Both the position numbers and the translations under genes were made by a program. The notes below the pieces were generated by a model. It searched no databases and was not told the DNA's origin. It saw nothing but the letters and a program-made list of their open reading frames with translations. DNA of 64,000 nucleotides from an uncultured Thermoprotei archaeon (GTDB taxonomy: Archaea; Thermoproteota; Thermoprotei; Thermofilales; B15-G2), in NCBI GenBank assembly GCA_965367815.1, contig CBDUKN010000010.1, positions 1-64,000 of the forward strand, in the 5' to 3' direction. Positions 59,807-64,000 of the stretch are shown here, piece after piece (the first letter of the stretch is position 1; each line of letters begins with the position of its first letter).

Positions 59807-62800
59807 ATGAGAGGTGTGCGTATTGAAGCAATAAAGCAGACGTGTTTCTTTATACGTGAAAAGGTTTTAAAGAATGTTGTCGAGCTGACTATATCTAATG
59901 AGGGGGAGGCTTTCAAGGCAACCCTAATGGTCTCGACTCCCTCAACTACACACAAGATCCCTCTAGGCTACATAAACGCTGGCAGGCGAATATACCGTGT
60001 TCACATACCAGATATAAGAGAAGAAGTTAGCGTAAAGTTCTCCATACACGATGAGTCTGGAAATACTGTGGCTGAGAAGACTGTGAAATGGAGACCTAGA
60101 AGACACTGGATCATTTACTTAGTTCAGTATTCTCACCATGACCTAGGGTATACTGATATTCCTCAAAACGTCTTAAGGGAGTATATTGACTTCTATGACT
60201 CAATTATGCAGTTCTGTGAAGAAACCGAGGATTGGCCCGAGGAGACTAAGTTTAGATATCAAGTTGAGCAGTTCTGGTCTATTAACTATTACCTGAAAAC
60301 TCAGCCTAAACACAAGGTTGATAGGCTCCTTAAGCTTCTGAAAGAAGGTAGAATCGAGATCTCAGCACTTTTTGGCAATGAAGTCTCCGGTCTATGCGGA
60401 CATGAGGAGATCATAAGGCTAGTATATCCGTCGTTTAAGTTAAAGAACACTCACGGAATATTGGTGAGTGTTGCAGAACTTAACGATGTGCCTGGACTTT
60501 CCTGGGGACTGGCTACAGTGCTCGCTGGGTGTGGCGTAAAAGTAATAGCTCCGCTTCTTCCAAGGTGGTACTATCGACCTGACCAGATACCTTTCTGGGA
60601 CGAGAGCGTAGTTACGCCCAGTGGCGCACCCGCGGCGTTTTGGTGGGAGAGCTTAGATGGTAGTAGAATTCTCTTCTGGTACCAGGATATAGGTTTTGGA
60701 GAAAACTTGGGCTTCGCTGAGAGCTACGAAAAACTTCTTAAAGAATTACCCAAGTTTTTGGATAAGCTTGAAGAAAAGGGATATCCTTTCAATGTAATTC
60801 TAGTACGAGTGCGAGGAGCTGCTCGGGACAACTCTCCGCCATCAATTAGGCCTTGTCTGATAGCAAAAGAGTGGAACGAGAAGTGGGCATATCCTAGAAT
60901 CATAATATCTACGCTATCAAGCTTCTTTAAGTACTTAGAGGAGAATTATAGTAAGTCCTTAGAGAAGCTCCCCGTATTCAGAGGAGAGATCCCTGATAGC
61001 GACTATCCAGTAGGAGCAACTTCAACTATGCAGGCAACTATTTTAAATAGAAATGCTCACGACTTAATACCATCAGCTGAGAAGTTTGCAACTATTGCTG
61101 ATTATCTCCTAGGCCTGCCCTACCCATATAAAGAGTACTTGAAGGAGGCTTATGAACACAACCTCTTATATGATGAGCACACATGGGGGCTCTGCTGCCC
61201 ATTTGGGCCGGCTCAAGAAGCTTCTCGTATCGAGAAGATTCTTCACGCATATAAGGCGTACACCTTAGCGCACGATGTTCTCGTTAAGAGCCTTAATAGG
61301 ATAGTGGACGCCATAGACCTTCCAGAAAAAGGCTACTACTTAGTCGTATTTAATCCACTTTCGTGGAAAAGGACTGATATAGTAAGAGCATGGTTAAGGG
61401 ACCCTGATCCCTGCGGCCATCCTGTCTATGAAGTATTGCAGAATGGAAAACCAACAGGTATTCTTGTACATGGAAGTGTTGTGGAAAGAGATGCGTTTTA
61501 CCCGCCTCTAGAGCTTTTTGAGAAGCCTTTCAGCATAGTAGATTTAGAGACGGGGGAGGAGGTGAAATACCAGATAGTATCTGTTAGGGAACCTGAATCG
61601 ACTCTAGACTTCGCTGCTGATAGAGTGGGACTAGCTCCAGTAGAGGGTAGATATGCTAAACAAATAGTGTTCGTGGCGGAAAATGTTCCCCCACTAGGAT
61701 ACAAAGTCTACAAAATAGTTCCGAAAACCAGAAGCCCTCTTAGTAACTCTGTCAAAAAACACGATACTAATGGTTACATAATCGAAAACGAGTACTACAG
61801 AATAGTCATCGACCCCAATACTGGAGCTGTTATAAGTCTATTCGACAAGGAGTTGGGAAGGGAGCTAGTGGACTCTGAGGCGCCTCACGGTTTTAGCCAG
61901 CTTATAGTGCGGGAGTCTGCTACTGGCAAAGAACATTACGTAGAGAGAATACAAGTTAAAGAGGGCTTAAATGGCCCAGTTGTAAAAAGTATAGTGGTGA
62001 GAGGTAAGGCCTACGGATGCCCGCTTGTGCTCAAAGAAATATTTCTCTACAGCAAGATTAAGAAAGTCGACTTCTACTATAGAATCTTAAAGGACTCTAC
62101 ACCCATGCTAGAGATTTACATAGCCTTTCCTTTTAAGATGCATAACCCAAGCTTCAAATATGAGGGCCCAAACATAGTCGTAACACCTATTAAAGACCAG
62201 TTTCCGGGCTCTCACACATGCTATTACCCCGTACAGCACTGGGTCAACATATGCGATGATAAAGGGTTTAGAGTTACGTGGTCTTCTCCAGATGCACACT
62301 TAATTGAATTAGGTGGTCTATGGCCTCTAGGAGTCTCCTGGGCTCACCATGGCGTAACACCACCAAAATACCCTCATAAAAACTTAAGAGTCTCGAAGTT
62401 TGAGAAAGCTTACATATATTCCTTTATCCTGTGTAATAACTTCAAGACTAATTTTTACACGACTCAAGTAGGAGATCTAGTGCTTAGATATTCCATAACA
62501 TCGCATATGGGAGACTGGAGAACAAATATTTCCAGAAATCACGGATGGAGTGCAGCAAATCCACTAATCCCAGTCTTTGCAGAAGGTGGAAGACGAGGCA
62601 AACTCCCCACTAAATCATATAGCTTCTGTGAAATAGATAAGCCTAACGTAATGATCACTACAATAAAGCCCTCCGAGGACGGTGAGGGACTAGTCTTGCG
62701 GCTACTAGAGACCTCGGGAAGAAACACAACAGTGACTATTAAGCTTCCCTTCCTCAGTATAAAAAAGGCCTACATAACAGATCTAGTAGAGAAGGAATTA

Positions 62801-62902
62801 GAGCCAGTAGAGGTTCAAGGGAATCAAGTCACTACAACTATTAAGATGTTTGGAATAACCACTTTGAAGCTCATAGCAAAGGCCTTACTACCCTCTGAGT
62901 AA
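59807..62902 (+). CDS. GH38 alpha-mannosidase-like glycoside hydrolase
   Basis: SHHDLGYT, NDVPG, FWW...DGS, DNSPP, YDEHTWG, VFNPLSW.R, VPPLGY, IENEYY. Confidence 0.9.
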   Translation: MRGVRIEAIKQTCFFIREKVLKNVVELTISNEGEAFKATLMVSTPSTTHKIPLGYINAGRRIYRVHIPDIREEVSVKFSIHDESGNTVAEKTVKWRPRRHWIIYLVQYSHHDLGYTDIPQNVLREYIDFYDSIMQFCEETEDWPEETKFRYQVEQFWSINYYLKTQPKHKVDRLLKLLKEGRIEISALFGNEVSGLCGHEEIIRLVYPSFKLKNTHGILVSVAELNDVPGLSWGLATVLAGCGVKVIAPLLPRWYYRPDQIPFWDESVVTPSGAPAAFWWESLDGSRILFWYQDIGFGENLGFAESYEKLLKELPKFLDKLEEKGYPFNVILVRVRGAARDNSPPSIRPCLIAKEWNEKWAYPRIIISTLSSFFKYLEENYSKSLEKLPVFRGEIPDSDYPVGATSTMQATILNRNAHDLIPSAEKFATIADYLLGLPYPYKEYLKEAYEHNLLYDEHTWGLCCPFGPAQEASRIEKILHAYKAYTLAHDVLVKSLNRIVDAIDLPEKGYYLVVFNPLSWKRTDIVRAWLRDPDPCGHPVYEVLQNGKPTGILVHGSVVERDAFYPPLELFEKPFSIVDLETGEEVKYQIVSVREPESTLDFAADRVGLAPVEGRYAKQIVFVAENVPPLGYKVYKIVPKTRSPLSNSVKKHDTNGYIIENEYYRIVIDPNTGAVISLFDKELGRELVDSEAPHGFSQLIVRESATGKEHYVERIQVKEGLNGPVVKSIVVRGKAYGCPLVLKEIFLYSKIKKVDFYYRILKDSTPMLEIYIAFPFKMHNPSFKYEGPNIVVTPIKDQFPGSHTCYYPVQHWVNICDDKGFRVTWSSPDAHLIELGGLWPLGVSWAHHGVTPPKYPHKNLRVSKFEKAYIYSFILCNNFKTNFYTTQVGDLVLRYSITSHMGDWRTNISRNHGWSAANPLIPVFAEGGRRGKLPTKSYSFCEIDKPNVMITTIKPSEDGEGLVLRLLETSGRNTTVTIKLPFLSIKKAYITDLVEKELEPVEVQGNQVTTTIKMFGITTLKLIAKALLPSE

Positions 62903-63147
62903 TGAAGTCTTAAAAGGGAAAATTAATAGCTATTATGGATTAAATTCGGAAATCCTATTCATTAAATTTATTTTCATCGACATAAGTGTTATGACAGAGC
63001 ATAGTAAGTCTTTAGCCACTATTAAGAGTTCTTGGAATATTCTCAGCTTTACTATTAGACGTCCGATGGTTTAACTGCAGTAGGTTTTGTGGAGCATATA
63101 ATTTAAGATCGTTAAGTTAACTTATTGATTAAAGAGAGACATGAAAT

Positions 63148-63615
63148 TTAATGCTTAACAATTACAATATTACTCATGCCTCTCCTTCTTCTTTCAACCA
63201 ATCCTTTGGCTTCAAGCTTATCAAGTATTATGCTTACTGTACTCCTAGAAAGATTTAAAGTTTCAACTATTTCACTCTGAAATGCTACTCCTCCTTTACT
63301 AAGTAAAAAGTCATAAACTTTCTTCTCGCTTTTGCTTAATGATCTTACTGTACTCGATTGCTTAGCCTTTATCTCTGATTTTAGTATGCTTAGTAGAATC
63401 AATGATACTGCACATGAACTCATTACTATAGAGGAAACTGTTATAATCAACATATCTGAAAAAGTGTACACTCTGGGTATTTCCTTTACGTATACCTCTC
63501 TTTCACCATGAACTATTATCTGAATATTTAGCGGAGATGCCATTTTAAAAACTAAAATTACCATGGATATCATATACGCTATTGCCAAAGAAACTTTCAG
63601 CTTATCTATTTTCAT
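63148..63615 (-). CDS. Membrane-anchored wHTH (MarR-like) regulator
   Basis: Two TM then LSKSEKKVY...QSEIV..LNLSRSTVS.ILDKLEAKGLVERRRRG. Confidence 0.85.
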   Translation of the reverse strand: MKIDKLKVSLAIAYMISMVILVFKMASPLNIQIIVHGEREVYVKEIPRVYTFSDMLIITVSSIVMSSCAVSLILLSILKSEIKAKQSSTVRSLSKSEKKVYDFLLSKGGVAFQSEIVETLNLSRSTVSIILDKLEAKGLVERRRRGMSNIVIVKH

Positions 63616-63741
63616 AGATTATCCCTTAATAAAGTATTCCCTAGAAGTTAATTAGGGATTAGTTTTGAATCAATTTAAAACTATTTTCAAATAAAGAGCT
63701 TTATGCTGTTTAAGACAGTATTCTAACAGGGGGTGGAATAA

Positions 63742-64000
63742 ATGATTACACGAAAGCTTAATGCTATACTGATAATCGCTGGAGTCCTCATAATAGGACT
63801 ACCCATACTCTTAGGAGCAATAATAAAAGAACCTCTACAAGTTTACAGAGGATTTCCTATTGGAGAAACTAAGCAAAGACTACTTAGTTTACTAATTAAT
63901 GAAAGCTCAAGTCCTCCTCTTGGCTCAGAATTCTACTCACCAACTTCTTTCAACCTTGCTAGGACAGAGGGATTAATTATCAAGGTAGTTATCCACCCAG
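63742..64000 (+). CDS. Membrane-anchored/secreted hypothetical protein, partial
   Basis: MITRKLNAILIIAGVLIIGLPILLGA... open to the window end; GGGGTG RBS upstream. Confidence 0.6.
   Translation, partial: MITRKLNAILIIAGVLIIGLPILLGAIIKEPLQVYRGFPIGETKQRLLSLLINESSSPPLGSEFYSPTSFNLARTEGLIIKVVIHP

Noticed and set aside
1-64000. tRNA, rRNA, transposase, integrase or CRISPR array
   Set aside because: No GC-rich cloverleaf or rRNA-like tract, no DDE/tyrosine recombinase motifs and no periodic repeats recognised by eye.

Overview
Archaeal chromosomal DNA, AT-rich, with GGTGA/GGAGG ribosome-binding sites and apparently leaderless genes. PaREP1, box C/D sRNAs, a crenarchaeal-type ValRS with MHKS and ThyX suggest a Thermoproteota/TACK organism (inference). 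Housekeeping and metabolic content: thyX, two radical SAM genes, an NTPase, cutA, an Lhr helicase, tupABC with a ModE-like regulator, three further ABC systems, GH31, GH38, a sialidase-like protein and a PAPS-reductase-like 4Fe-4S protein. Accessory content: three vapBC pairs, DUF4258/DUF2283, PaREP1, three ATPase-PD-(D/E)xK genes and several eroded genes. The most notable locus (14.0-20.6 kb) is a metallophosphoesterase plus CARF-like/wHTH regulator divergent from nurA-herA, with no mre11/rad50, followed by a kleisin (ScpA-like) and a kite protein whose motif looks Nse1/Nse3-like rather than ScpB-like. An SMC-family ATPase starts at the left window edge. Also seen: two box C/D guide RNAs flanking the PAPS-reductase-like gene, a valS whose N-terminus is fused in frame to its C-terminal half, other internal-deletion scars, several operator-like repeats and a kb-scale sawtooth strand skew. 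No rRNA, tRNA, CRISPR array or transposase was recognised. All calls are by-eye motif recognition, with no database searches.
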